64,000 nt of DNA from an uncultured Candidatus Saccharibacteria bacterium (GCA_964360585.1 CAYHXC010000004.1:15366-79365), one strand, 5' to 3'; positions 20,106 through 30,322 are shown, numbered from the stretch's first letter. Notes: a model not told the origin generated them from the sequence alone. Numbers and translations are program-made.

Positions 20106-21083
20106 ATGGACAACAGGGGCCTCATTCTCGGGAATAATCCCGAACATAACGTTCCGGCCATCCTCGGGGGGGCCAACCAGAGCCTGCGATCACTCGCCAA
20201 GGCGTACTTCGTAACCGAAGTAGCCGGGCAGGCTAAGGGGACGATCGAGGCCAAGCACCACGACCTCACCCGGTTCATCGCGTTCTACGAGACGCTCCTG
20301 GGTCACGACGATCCGCGCGAGTGGTACCGATCCGTTACGCGCGAGTTTCTGAAGCAGCTCGCTCACGGCGAACTGTCTCAGGCGACCATCGTCCGCACCT
20401 ACGCCAGCGTCCGGCACTTCGCGCGGTGGATCCACTTCAAAGTGAGGCCCTTCCCGCTCGGCTGCCCGTGCGATGACGTGAAGCCTCCGGCCGAACCTGA
20501 ATCCGAATGGAAAGGACTCAGCCGGGCCGACGAGCTCCGACTCCTCGGAGCGGCGCAGACGCTTCGCATCCGTCCCGGTCGCGGCACGAACCAGGGACTT
20601 CGCGATCACGCCGCGATCGCCGTCTTACTCGGATCAGGACTGCGAGTCTCGGAGTTGTTGTCGCTGAAGCGAGAACAGTACACCGGCCGCGGTTTCCGGA
20701 ACGTCCTCGTGAAAGGCGGTCGCATCCGCGACTCCGTCCCAGTGCAGAAGGAAGCCCGGGACGTACTCGAACAATGGCTCGCCGCCTGCGGCACGGATCC
20801 CGGACCGATCTTCACCACGCGTAGCGGCAGGTCGCTCACGCGCCACCAGCTCTTCGAGATTCTCCAGCGTGTCGCCGACCAAGCCAACGCCCACCGGAAG
20901 GATGGCGAGCCGATCCACGTCTCCCCACACGTGTTGAGACACACCTTCCTCCGAAAGCTCGCTGAGGAGAAGGGCGTCCACTACGCTAAGGAAGCAAGCG
21001 GACACAAAAGCGACTGCTACATCTGGCGGTACGTGAAACCAAGTCAGCAGACACTCGCCGACGCGATCGACGGCTTGGCGTAG
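20106..21083 (+). CDS. XerC/XerD-like tyrosine recombinase
   Basis: GLRVSEL, VKGG, PHVLRHTF, GH, terminal Y catalytic set. Confidence 0.92.
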   Translation: MDNRGLILGNNPEHNVPAILGGANQSLRSLAKAYFVTEVAGQAKGTIEAKHHDLTRFIAFYETLLGHDDPREWYRSVTREFLKQLAHGELSQATIVRTYASVRHFARWIHFKVRPFPLGCPCDDVKPPAEPESEWKGLSRADELRLLGAAQTLRIRPGRGTNQGLRDHAAIAVLLGSGLRVSELLSLKREQYTGRGFRNVLVKGGRIRDSVPVQKEARDVLEQWLAACGTDPGPIFTTRSGRSLTRHQLFEILQRVADQANAHRKDGEPIHVSPHVLRHTFLRKLAEEKGVHYAKEASGHKSDCYIWRYVKPSQQTLADAIDGLA

Positions 21084-21185
21084 CAACACCCGAATGCTAA
21101 CAAGTTGCCCCGCTCAGCATCATTCGCCTTGCTCGGGCAACGGCGGTCAGCAAATCGCGCTAAGTGCATTAGTTGTGAAACACCG

Positions 21186-22601
21186 ATGCCCACCTCGGCA
21201 AAACCAAGCGGCGCAGTGGTCGCCAAATTGCGGGCTCTTGCCCTCCAAGAGGAACTGGAAAATCGCCTCAAGCGCCACCATCCCGATGACCTGATTCCAC
21301 ACTTGGCGAGGCGTCTTGCGAATGTCCTCAAGGAACCTCGCCTCATGGCATCTTGGCCACCGCATTTTCTGGCTCACGCTATTGCAGCGAACTGTGCCTT
21401 TCACCGCCCTTGCTACCGCGATGCCATCACCGATGATCGAATCCGACGTCTGGTGAATGTATACCACCAACATCCAGATCCGGTCCCGGACTATTTTCTC
21501 GAGCAGGAGCAGCGCATCGACCTGTTCTTGATCAACACTGCACGTCAGCAGTTCTACCTTCAGCACGGCGAAGCGCAACCCGACATTGCACGTGCCATAC
21601 TTCTCTTCGACGAGAGCGCGTACGGAAAGACGCTCGTCAACATCCGCGCCCACCTTGGCTTCGGCTTTTCCGACTGGATCAAGTTCCTCTTCATACTAAG
21701 CGCGGCGGTGATGAGGCGCCCTGGCATGATCATTGAGCCCAGTTATTTTCACGACATGCCCCCGAGCATTCTCCCCGCTAGCACGATTCGTGCATTGGTC
21801 AGCGCCATCTCCCAATCTGCTCCCGACGTCGCCGCGGCATATCTAAAGCTTCGCTCGACGCTTCAAGGCTTGATATTCAATCTGTACGTCCCCAGTGTGT
21901 TTCTTAAGCGGCCCCTGTTTTGCATGACGGACGGCCATTACGTGGCAGTTCATAAACTATTTCTCCGAGGACTCATCACAGGTGGGCTATTTGATCTCGC
22001 GCGGGAGCATTCGCCAGTGACGTTCGGCGAAGAATTTGGGGACGCCTTTGAACGTTATACAGGTTCCATCTTGGCCGCTATTCCTGAAGCTCGCGTCTTC
22101 ACAGAAAAAAACTTGCAGAAGTACACAGGCAAGAAGGTGTGCGATTTCGCCGTAGTTGGCGATGCGTACGTTCTGTTTGTCGAGGCGAAGGGTACGGAGT
22201 ATCGTTCCTTATTCGCTTCGGACGGTGCCCTCCGCGGTGATAATTCGACCACAAAGCTCGGCGAGGCTGTCGACCAGGTTACATCAACAGCTCGCCTGAC
22301 GAGGAGTGGCGAGTTTCAAGAGCTCTTCGGCGATACCAGCGGGAAAAAGCTAATCGCGGGCATTGTAACGTTCCGCCATATCTATTTCGCGAATGGCGAC
22401 CCCTATTGGACAGATTTTATACTTCCGCGGGTCAAAACGGTCGATGAGGTCGCACTCGGATCCCTGTTTGCTTTTAGGCCGCAGGTCTTTGATATTCGGT
22501 CCTTGGAGATGCACTTTGGAGGCTCTGCGAGGTGGCTTCCCAGTTTTTCATTTGCCGATAAGGGGAGAGAAGAACACCCTCTATGTTCCTCGGAAGATTA
22601 A
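21186..22601 (+). CDS. PD-(D/E)XK/NERD-like protein whose native C-terminus is replaced at the island junction
   Basis: GDAFERY...VCDFAVVGDAYVLFVEAKG; after 22512 it reads out-of-frame host sequence. Confidence 0.7.
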   Translation: MPTSAKPSGAVVAKLRALALQEELENRLKRHHPDDLIPHLARRLANVLKEPRLMASWPPHFLAHAIAANCAFHRPCYRDAITDDRIRRLVNVYHQHPDPVPDYFLEQEQRIDLFLINTARQQFYLQHGEAQPDIARAILLFDESAYGKTLVNIRAHLGFGFSDWIKFLFILSAAVMRRPGMIIEPSYFHDMPPSILPASTIRALVSAISQSAPDVAAAYLKLRSTLQGLIFNLYVPSVFLKRPLFCMTDGHYVAVHKLFLRGLITGGLFDLAREHSPVTFGEEFGDAFERYTGSILAAIPEARVFTEKNLQKYTGKKVCDFAVVGDAYVLFVEAKGTEYRSLFASDGALRGDNSTTKLGEAVDQVTSTARLTRSGEFQELFGDTSGKKLIAGIVTFRHIYFANGDPYWTDFILPRVKTVDEVALGSLFAFRPQVFDIRSLEMHFGGSARWLPSFSFADKGREEHPLCSSED

Positions 22602-22686
22602 ATTGCCTCCTGATTTTTGGTTTATCATTAATGGTAGAAGCTCTATCATTCTATCTGCCAGTGCTTATCCACCTCGGAAAACGTAG
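22513..22686 (+). pseudogene. 3' part of the interrupted host cysteine-cluster gene
   Basis: TLEALRGGFPVFHLP...RKT* in frame with 12318-12632; followed by host-style terminator. Confidence 0.75.
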
Positions 22687-22735
22687 GTGGTTTTTTATTT
22701 TGCCAATAAAAAACCGTTGTCCAAGGGGACGGCGG

Positions 22736-23014
22736 TTAACGGATGGGGAACCAGAGGTAGCCTAAAAGAACGAAAAGAAGCATATGAGCAGAGAGGCCAA
22801 GAAGTCTAGGAAGGCCGTCTCCTACTTGAGGTTTCCAGGGAAGAAAGTTTGCCCAGATTGTTGCCAGGTACACAACAACTGGATTTCTCTTCTCCCATTC
22901 ACGCTGTCCTTCTAAGATCCATTCTCGAGGAGCCCAGCTCCAGAAGAAGAGAGCGAGATAAACAAGTAGTACGATCATGCGCCAGACAAGTTGCGATGGC
23001 TCTTGAGGATGCAT
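22736..23014 (-). CDS. small membrane protein
   Basis: GGAGGAGG RBS, hydrophobic helices. Confidence 0.6.
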   Translation of the reverse strand: MHPQEPSQLVWRMIVLLVYLALFFWSWAPREWILEGQREWEKRNPVVVYLATIWANFLPWKPQVGDGLPRLLGLSAHMLLFVLLGYLWFPIR

Positions 23015-23114
23015 GAATGTTTCCTCCTCCTCTATTTTTAGGATTCTCTATTTAATCTGTCAATGTATATACAAAGTAGCTAGTTTTCGGGGAGTGGTTT
23101 AGAATCTGGGGTAT

Positions 23115-24113
23115 ATGACCCAGCCAGTACCCGAGGAGACAATTGATGCCAGTGTTGACCAGGCGCTTCGGCCGCAGAAGTGGGCGGAGTATGTTGGCCA
23201 GGAGAAGATCAAGGAGAACTTGCGGATTATGATCGCGGCGGCCAAGCAGCGCGGCGAGATGACCGACCACATGCTTTTTTCCGGCCAGGCGGGCTTGGGG
23301 AAGACGACCTTGGCGAACTTGGTGGCGATGGAGTTGGGGAGCGGCATTCGGATTACGTCCGGGCCGGCTTTGGAAAAGATGGGCGATTTGGCGGCGATTT
23401 TGACCAATCTTGAAAACGGCGACGTGCTCTTTATAGATGAAGCGCACCGGATGAACCGGATGATCGAAGAGGTGTTGTATCCGGCGATGGAGAGTCGGAA
23501 GTTGCACCTGATGATTGGCAAAGGCCCGGCGGCGCGAAGTATTACGTTGGACCTGCCGGCGTTTACGTTGATCGCGGCGACGACGCGCGAGAGTTTGTTG
23601 TCCGGGCCATTGCGATCGCGGTTCGGCGCGACTTTTCGTTTGGAGTATTACGACCACGACGATATCTCTACTATTATTTCTCGCTCGGCCACGATTTTGA
23701 GAACACCGATTAATGAGGAAGGAATTGGAATCTTAGCGAAGGCCTCGCGTGGCACGCCTCGATTGGCCAATCGTTTGCTCCGTCGCGCGCGCGATTCGAT
23801 GCAAGTGCAAGGCGTGGCGCAGATTACCGAAGCGGTGGCCAGAGAAACCCTGCGGCTTTTGGAGATCGACGAGATTGGTCTTGAGCCGCACGACCGGAAG
23901 ATATTGGAAACGATTATTAAAAAGTTTGCTGGCGGGCCGGTCGGATTAGGAACGCTCGCCGCCGCCTTAACCGAAGATCGCGGCACGCTCGAAGAAATCT
24001 TTGAACCGTACTTGATGAAGATCGGATTTTTACAACGCACCCCAGCCGGCCGTGTGGCGCTTTCTCCGGCATACGATCACCTTAAAATCCGTCGATCAGG
24101 AGAATTGCTTTGA
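23115..24113 (+). CDS. ruvB: Holliday junction branch migration helicase RuvB
   Basis: LRPQKWAEYVGQ, GLGKTTLA, VLFIDEAHR, SRGTPRLANRLLRR. Confidence 0.97.
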   Translation: MTQPVPEETIDASVDQALRPQKWAEYVGQEKIKENLRIMIAAAKQRGEMTDHMLFSGQAGLGKTTLANLVAMELGSGIRITSGPALEKMGDLAAILTNLENGDVLFIDEAHRMNRMIEEVLYPAMESRKLHLMIGKGPAARSITLDLPAFTLIAATTRESLLSGPLRSRFGATFRLEYYDHDDISTIISRSATILRTPINEEGIGILAKASRGTPRLANRLLRRARDSMQVQGVAQITEAVARETLRLLEIDEIGLEPHDRKILETIIKKFAGGPVGLGTLAAALTEDRGTLEEIFEPYLMKIGFLQRTPAGRVALSPAYDHLKIRRSGELL

Positions 24114-24120
24114 AGTAAAA

Positions 24121-24876
24121 ATGATTAAACCATCCGATTATTTTAACGAGTTGCTTGAAAAGGCGAAGCAGGACGACAACATTATTGGCTTCTTTGCAGT
24201 GGGTTCACGAGGCAAGGGGTACGAAAATGAATCTTCTGACTACGATCTCTGTCTTATTGTGAAAAATGAGACCCTCGAAGAGTATAAGAAAAAGTTTGGA
24301 GACAAAGTGCCAGAAGTTTATCTGTCAGTCATGTCTCTCGCGGAGCTTTCGGATTATGCGAACTGGCAGAGCGATTTTCATTGGGATCGGTACGACTTTG
24401 CTCACGTTAAGGCCTTGGTGGATAAAACTGGAGAAGTCCAAAAGATCATTGATGAGAAAGGTTCTTTGCCAAAAGAGAGGCAGGAAGAATTTATAAACGC
24501 ACAGATCGATGCTTATATGAATGGTTTATTTCGGTCAGTGAAGTCGTACAGAAAGAATGATCGGGTAGGAATACGACTCGAATCTGCCGCTTCAATTCCG
24601 CATCTACTCAATATGCTTTTTGCTCTTGAGGGACGAATCGCTCCTTTTCCCGATTACCTTTCCCGAGAACTCAAGAGCCGCCCACTCAAAAAGCTCCCCT
24701 GGCCTTCTGAGAAGTTATTAGAAGCTTTGCTTCGTATTTTGGAAGATGGCGATCTAAAAACTCAACAGGAGCTAGCAAAAACCGTAGAGAAAGTTTGTCG
24801 TGAAGAGGGCTACGGCAAGGCCTTTGATGGATGGGAAGGAAAAGATAAGTGGGCAATGGAATATGCGCGAGATTGA
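24121..24876 (+). CDS. nucleotidyltransferase domain protein
   Basis: GSRGKG...SDYD motif. Confidence 0.8.
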   Translation: MIKPSDYFNELLEKAKQDDNIIGFFAVGSRGKGYENESSDYDLCLIVKNETLEEYKKKFGDKVPEVYLSVMSLAELSDYANWQSDFHWDRYDFAHVKALVDKTGEVQKIIDEKGSLPKERQEEFINAQIDAYMNGLFRSVKSYRKNDRVGIRLESAASIPHLLNMLFALEGRIAPFPDYLSRELKSRPLKKLPWPSEKLLEALLRILEDGDLKTQQELAKTVEKVCREEGYGKAFDGWEGKDKWAMEYARD

Positions 24877-25441
24877 AGTTAAGGCAAAAGTTGATAGTTT
24901 CGACGAGATCAAAAAGAAACTCGAAGATATGGGGTGTGTATTTTCTGAACCGCTCGTACAGCACGATATTATCTACGCTGAAGAGGGGAAAGAGTTTTTG
25001 GTGGAGGCAAAAGTTGGACATCGGGTGGTGCGGTTACGGCGGGAAAATGGCCCGCTTCGCCAAGGCGTGAGCGAGGCGAGCCGGGCGATTTTTAATATGA
25101 AGCAGCAGCAGTCAAATGAGCTGGATAGTATCGAAAAGGAAACAGAGGTCGGCGATCTGGATGCGATGCATGCGATTCTTCTGGCCTTGGGATTTCGGCC
25201 GGAAGTGGAGGTGAAGAAGAAGCGTTTGAAGACCCATTATCAAGAGTACGAAATCTGTCTCGACGAAGTTGAAAAGTTAGGAACGTTTATCGAAGTGGAA
25301 AAAATGACCGCTGATGAGATTGATGCCGCCAGTGTGCAGGAAGAATTATTCACGTTTCTAGAATCGTTGGGCGTGAAGCGAGATCAAGAACAGAAACGCG
25401 GATACGACACGCAAATCTATAAATTAGAACATCAAACATGA
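24863..25441 (+). CDS. cyaB: CYTH domain protein (class IV adenylate cyclase-like)
   Basis: EIEVK N-terminus, ICLDEVEKLGTFIEVE. Confidence 0.85.
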   Translation: MREIEVKAKVDSFDEIKKKLEDMGCVFSEPLVQHDIIYAEEGKEFLVEAKVGHRVVRLRRENGPLRQGVSEASRAIFNMKQQQSNELDSIEKETEVGDLDAMHAILLALGFRPEVEVKKKRLKTHYQEYEICLDEVEKLGTFIEVEKMTADEIDAASVQEELFTFLESLGVKRDQEQKRGYDTQIYKLEHQT

Positions 25442-26004
25442 AACGGGCGATTATTGTTCATTGTTGGGGTGGGAGTCCAGAGTATTGTTGGTATCCTTCC
25501 GTTAAAAAGGAATTGGAGGGTAAAGGATTTCAGGTTGAGGTTCCGGCTATGCCCGATACGGACAAGCCCAATTTGCATACTTGGTTGCCGAAACTGAAGG
25601 AGACGGTTGGTCGGGCTGACAAAGATACGTTTCTCATTGGTCATAGCGCGGGGTGTATTACGATACTGCGTTATTTAGAATCGCTGCCTGATGGGGAAGA
25701 GATTGGTGGAGCTGTGCTTGTCGCCGGATTTTTGGACGACCTGGGATTTGCGGAGCTCAAGAATTTTTTTGAAACGCCGATTGATTTCGAAAAAATAAAA
25801 GCGAAGTGTAAAAACTTTGTGGCGATTATGTCTGACAACGATCCCTATGTGCCCCTTGATCGTGCCGCTACTCTCAAAGAAAAACTGGGAGCCGAGGTTA
25901 TCATCAAGCACGGCATGAATCATTTTTCTGGTCCCGTCGATAAGGAAGAGTCGTGCGTTGAACTGCCAGATGTTGTGAGTGTCATAGAAAATTTAATCCT
26001 GTGA
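25438..26004 (+). CDS. YdeN/RBBP9 family alpha/beta hydrolase
   Basis: IIVHCWGG, GHSAG, SDNDPYV, HF. Confidence 0.88.
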   Translation: MKRAIIVHCWGGSPEYCWYPSVKKELEGKGFQVEVPAMPDTDKPNLHTWLPKLKETVGRADKDTFLIGHSAGCITILRYLESLPDGEEIGGAVLVAGFLDDLGFAELKNFFETPIDFEKIKAKCKNFVAIMSDNDPYVPLDRAATLKEKLGAEVIIKHGMNHFSGPVDKEESCVELPDVVSVIENLIL

Positions 26005-26061
26005 GAAATTAGAAAAAGGGGATGCGTACCAAGATTTGTTGCCTATGATATAATCAGCTTC

Positions 26062-26849
26062 ATGAAGACCTTGCGGCAGTGCGGAATGATTGTATTTCTT
26101 TTTGGAGGGATTTTATTTTTCGATTCCATAACAGCTTATGCTGCTAATCAAGTATGCCTTGATACTAATAAAATATATGCTGGTTTGACTGAGTGTCGAC
26201 GTGAGTGTGACTGGGCTCAGTGTAAAGGATATGTCGGAAATGTTCAGCCTGGGAATTCAGATCCGCGAGTAGGTTCCCAGCCTTACGGGCCCGCGACTGG
26301 GAAGTGGCAATGTCCAGATAATATTGGATCTAACTTCGCAGTTTTCTATGGAACCGCCGGTGAGTGTCGTGATAATTGCTCTGAGTCTTGCATAAATGTT
26401 TCTAAAGCACCTTCAATGTCCCCTCCTTCTTCCCCTCCGGCTACTACTGAAGATGACGATATTCCCCCTCCCCCAAGAAGAGATGATGTTCCTCCTGCAC
26501 CGCCTCAAACAGAGAATCCTTATTATCCCGAAGAATACGAAACACCCCCTTCTCGTCCTTATCCGACCTTTACCCGGCCGCCAGGTAGTGAAGCTCCTGT
26601 TACTACCGTAGGGGGTTTTTAGGAATTATTGTAGGTGTAATTGATCTTGCACAAGTAGTATTCTGGATTCTAGCGGCTGGTTTCGGTCTTTGGGGCGCCT
26701 ACCTATATCTTTTTTCTCAGGGCAACACTGAGTCGCTGACTCAAGCTAAGAAAATGATGATCTATACAGTAGTAGCGATTTTGCTCGCCATTCTGGCCTA
26801 CGGAATTCCAGCGATTGTGTCCAATTTTGTTTCCATAGGAACAATCTAG
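26062..26849 (+). CDS. frameshifted VirB2/TrbC-like pilin with Cys/Pro-rich N-terminus
   Basis: 0-frame stops at 26620-22; -1 frame gives LGIIVGVIDLAQVVFWILAAGFGL...AYGIPAIVSNFV, closely matching pilin 57299-57652. Confidence 0.8.
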
Positions 26850-26890
26850 AGGGTCTTTCTCTGGCCTAATTTTAATAATATAATTTCCTT

Positions 26891-27514
26891 ATGAATAAAT
26901 TTGAAAGAGCTGAAGAGGGAGGGTCTCCAACCCAGGAGGCTGTCGAACGTCGTCTTCCTCGAGAGGCCGCGCTACAACACGAGGAGGGAGTTATGGACCG
27001 GTTTCGTGGAAGAGCAAAAACATTTGCTCGGGCAATGATTATTATGTCCGCTATTTCTTTTGGCGCTATGGCAAGAGAAGCTTCTGCCGGGGAAGGGTTA
27101 CGAGTGGATCAAGGGGAGTCTGTCGAAGAATTCGAAGATAGAGAGGCAGCGGAAGAACGAGCGGTTGCATTTTTAGATACTCTGAGAGGTGCTAAAGCTC
27201 CAGATCGTATCACTCATCCTGGACAGAAGCGTCTCATGGCCGAGGAAGATGGGCGCACCAAGATTCAGATCTTTGCTGCTCAGGAAAAGAATGGTGGCCG
27301 TCCGGTAGGAGAAGGAGAAACAGTCAAGGTAAGTTTTCAGGAACTGTGTGGGACGTTAGATGTTCTGAACCAGGCCAGCGGTGAATTTGCCGATCGTTAC
27401 CTTGGGAATAAAGACGGAAAAGTTGACGGAAGCGACGTAACTGAAATGCAAAAGGCCAGCGTCACGAACCCTGGGTTTAAAGCTCTTGTCGAGTTGACTG
27501 CTCAGTGTCGATAA
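26891..27514 (+). CDS. hypothetical protein
   Basis: 207-aa ORF with one hydrophobic segment. Confidence 0.6.
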   Translation: MNKFERAEEGGSPTQEAVERRLPREAALQHEEGVMDRFRGRAKTFARAMIIMSAISFGAMAREASAGEGLRVDQGESVEEFEDREAAEERAVAFLDTLRGAKAPDRITHPGQKRLMAEEDGRTKIQIFAAQEKNGGRPVGEGETVKVSFQELCGTLDVLNQASGEFADRYLGNKDGKVDGSDVTEMQKASVTNPGFKALVELTAQCR

Positions 27515-27518
27515 AAAC

Positions 27519-27791
27519 ATGGAAACACATTTTCGAAAAATTAAACTGCTTCTCGAATCATCTTCGCTTTCAGATTTGGATCGGGACGAGCTACTCGTAG
27601 CACTCCTTCTTGTTACCGATGAACAATTAGGACCCATACACGAGCTTCTTAAAGAGGATATTTCCTGGGCAGATAAGCTATTCGAGAACTATCGAAGCAA
27701 GAAAGGGGCTATCAGACACGATGACAAAGATTTCTGGGAGATGATTATGAAAGAAGAAGAATCGGAGGCTACAAAGCTAGAGAGCAACTGA
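27519..27791 (+). CDS. hypothetical protein
   Basis: 90-aa helical ORF in operon position. Confidence 0.6.
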   Translation: METHFRKIKLLLESSSLSDLDRDELLVALLLVTDEQLGPIHELLKEDISWADKLFENYRSKKGAIRHDDKDFWEMIMKEEESEATKLESN

Positions 27792-27960
27792 TCCTTAGAG
27801 GCGTTGGTATCAAAAAGATAATTATTACTAGGCAGAAGAGAGGATGCTATGGGCCTGAAAAAGGGGTCATTTTTGCCAAGCCGCTAGGCTAGGAAAAAGC
27901 GACGATTACTGGAATATTGCCTATTTTCAAGATCTTTGAAGTAACTATAATCAGGGAATC

Positions 27961-28647
27961 ATGCTTCAAATCAGCGAGTGGGTACCAAATCCAAAAGGGG
28001 TGGATACGCAGAGCGAGTGGATTGAGTTCCAGAATACGGGGACGGCTTCTCTAAATACCGCCGGTTGGTTTTTGAAAAACGAAAAAGGTGCGCGGATAAG
28101 TTTGCCGGCGAAGACGCTGGGTCCGGGAGAGTTTTTAACGATCGGGCGGCCGCAGTATAAAGTGGCGTTTCGGAATACGAACGGTGGTGTGGCTCTTTAT
28201 AATCCCGCGGGACAGAAAGTAGATGAAGCTAGTTTCTTAGGGACAGCGCCGGAAGGAAAAGCTTTTGCCGCGCCACGCCGTAGCTTTAGCGAAGGCGGGA
28301 TAGCCAACGACAACACAAACAAGCGTTTCTCCTGGATCCAGCCGACGAAAGACGCGACGAACACCGAAGCAGTTGTCCTTGCCCAAAGTAATTTCCCCAT
28401 CGGAATCCCTTTAAATCCGCCGCAACTTCCCTTCGCCTCGCTCGCCCTTTTCCCTATTCTCATAACCGGCTTCGTTCTCTATACTGTTAAGCAAGATGAA
28501 GTCCTATCGAACCTCCTCTTTGGCGGAAACCAAGACATTCGCGAAAACGAAGCTCTTGCCTATACTCTTATCGAAGAAACCCCTCCAGACGACTTCGTCT
28601 CGTCGGGGCAAGCCGAAAATGGCTACAATTCTCGCTCTAACCGGTGA
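27961..28647 (+). CDS. lamin tail domain protein with C-terminal TM
   Basis: ISEWVPNPKG.D..EWIEFQN...L.GW.LK motif. Confidence 0.8.
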   Translation: MLQISEWVPNPKGVDTQSEWIEFQNTGTASLNTAGWFLKNEKGARISLPAKTLGPGEFLTIGRPQYKVAFRNTNGGVALYNPAGQKVDEASFLGTAPEGKAFAAPRRSFSEGGIANDNTNKRFSWIQPTKDATNTEAVVLAQSNFPIGIPLNPPQLPFASLALFPILITGFVLYTVKQDEVLSNLLFGGNQDIRENEALAYTLIEETPPDDFVSSGQAENGYNSRSNR

Positions 28648-29008
28648 GTTGGGGAGTGGGAAGACTGAACTGACACGCAGTTTGCTTCGCGTTTTGGGCG
28701 TGAAAGGACGGGTGACGAGTCCGACATTTACGCTGATCCGGAAATATAAGTTGTCCGCGCGGACGCCTTTTAAGTTGGCTTTTCATATTGACTGCTATCG
28801 TTTAAAAAAACCGGAAGAACTACTGATGCTGGGTTTTCGCGAGATTATCGAAAATCCCGAGCATCTCGTCATCATCGAGTGGCCCGAGCTGATGAAGAAA
28901 TATATTCCGTCGCGATCAACGGTTAAAATTTCTTTGTCGCACGGCTCGCCTCGCTCACGCTTTGGCGAAGCGGGCAAAAAACAAAACGAGCGGATAATTA
29001 GATTCTAA
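28496..29008 (+). CDS. tsaE: tRNA threonylcarbamoyladenosine biosynthesis ATPase TsaE
   Basis: [31 protein letters not shown]. Confidence 0.93.
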   Translation: MKSYRTSSLAETKTFAKTKLLPILLSKKPLQTTSSRRGKPKMATILALTGELGSGKTELTRSLLRVLGVKGRVTSPTFTLIRKYKLSARTPFKLAFHIDCYRLKKPEELLMLGFREIIENPEHLVIIEWPELMKKYIPSRSTVKISLSHGSPRSRFGEAGKKQNERIIRF

Positions 29009-29010
29009 TC

Positions 29011-29736
29011 ATGAAAAAAGTTGACGCCTACGGTGAAGAGCTTTGGGATTTGTATAAGGGGAATATCAAATTAGAAATTGTCGAACGCGACGATAATTTT
29101 ATTGCTACCGGAAATTACGGCCAGGTATATTTTTATGATTTTAAAGATTGGCCAGCGATTGAGAAGAAGGCTATGAAGTTTGCAAAAGGAAAAGTTCTTG
29201 ATGTTGGTTGTGGCGCAGGAAGACATTCTATCTACTTGCAGAAAAAGGGTTTTGATGTGATTGGAATTGATGATTCTCCTCTGGCTATAAAAGTTTCTCG
29301 ATTGAGAGGATTGAAGCAGGCGAGGATTTTGCCCATCGAGAAGATCGATATTCTTAAGAAAAAGTCTTTCGATACAATTTTAATGCTTGGGAATAACTTC
29401 GGACTTTTTGGTAGCAGAACGAAAACAAAACAGCTTCTCAATAAAATGCATCAAATTACTTCTGATAAAGCATTAATCATTGCTCAAACTAGAGATCCTT
29501 ATAATACCAAGAACAAAGACCACCTCGGTTATCTAAAATGGAATCGACAAAGGGGGAGGATGTCTGGCCAGCTTCGTCTGCGAATTCGTCATCGAAAATT
29601 TGTTGGAGACTGGTTCGATTATCTGATGGTTTCTCAGGAGGAAATGAAAGATTTGGTGAAAGGAACAGGTTGGAAAATTGATAGATTTATTTCTTCAAAA
29701 GATTCGCAGTACGTCGCGGTAATTAAGAAAGTTTAA
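29011..29736 (+). CDS. class I SAM-dependent methyltransferase
   Basis: [11 protein letters not shown]. Confidence 0.88.
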   Translation: MKKVDAYGEELWDLYKGNIKLEIVERDDNFIATGNYGQVYFYDFKDWPAIEKKAMKFAKGKVLDVGCGAGRHSIYLQKKGFDVIGIDDSPLAIKVSRLRGLKQARILPIEKIDILKKKSFDTILMLGNNFGLFGSRTKTKQLLNKMHQITSDKALIIAQTRDPYNTKNKDHLGYLKWNRQRGRMSGQLRLRIRHRKFVGDWFDYLMVSQEEMKDLVKGTGWKIDRFISSKDSQYVAVIKKV

Positions 29737-29742
29737 TTAGCC

Positions 29743-30321
29743 ATGAGAAAAATCGTACTTGCGTCATCATCGCCACGAAGGAAAGAAATCTTTAGCAAAA
29801 CGAAACTGCCTTTTATTGTTGATCTGGGCGATTACGAAGAAGATATGACTTTAAAGATGAAGCCAATAGAACTGGCCAAGTTTTTGTCGCGAGGGAAAGC
29901 TGAGTCGGTGGCCAAAAGACACAAGAATGCGATTGTGATTGGCGCCGATACGTTCATTGCTCACAAAGATATAGTTTTAGGAAAGCCCCATATTTCAAGA
30001 AAAGCGAAAGAAATGTTGAAGATGTTAAGTGGCAAAACACACTCAGTTGTTACTGGGTACACCATCATCGACACGAAAACAGGAAAAAGTATTTCTCGGA
30101 CCAATGAGAGTAAAATTCATTTCAGAAAGATTAGTGATCGAGAAATTGATGCCTATGTTAAAACAGGAGAACCATTAGACAAAGCTGGAGCGTACGCCGT
30201 CCAAGAGCGTGGCGCCGTATTCATAAAAAAGATCGAAGGAGATTTTATGAATGTTATGGGATTGCCTTTGTATGAGATCATGGAAGAGCTCAAGAAATTT
30301 GGAATAAAGCCATTTATGTAA
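29743..30321 (+). CDS. maf: Maf family nucleoside triphosphate pyrophosphatase
   Basis: LASSSPRR, IGADT, LGKP, DKAGAY, NVMGLP. Confidence 0.95.
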   Translation: MRKIVLASSSPRRKEIFSKTKLPFIVDLGDYEEDMTLKMKPIELAKFLSRGKAESVAKRHKNAIVIGADTFIAHKDIVLGKPHISRKAKEMLKMLSGKTHSVVTGYTIIDTKTGKSISRTNESKIHFRKISDREIDAYVKTGEPLDKAGAYAVQERGAVFIKKIEGDFMNVMGLPLYEIMEELKKFGIKPFM

Positions 30322-30322
30322 G

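Larger units (their letters stand above)
12625..22512. mobile_element. 9.88-kb integrated element/genomic island with 8-bp direct repeat GGAGATGC
   Basis: repeat at 12625-12632 and 22505-22512; visibly higher GC; tyrosine recombinase and TA pair; both junction ORFs rejoin in frame. Confidence 0.85.

Noticed and set aside
12625-22512. Prophage or plasmid
   Set aside because: No structural, terminase, replication or conjugation genes recognised.
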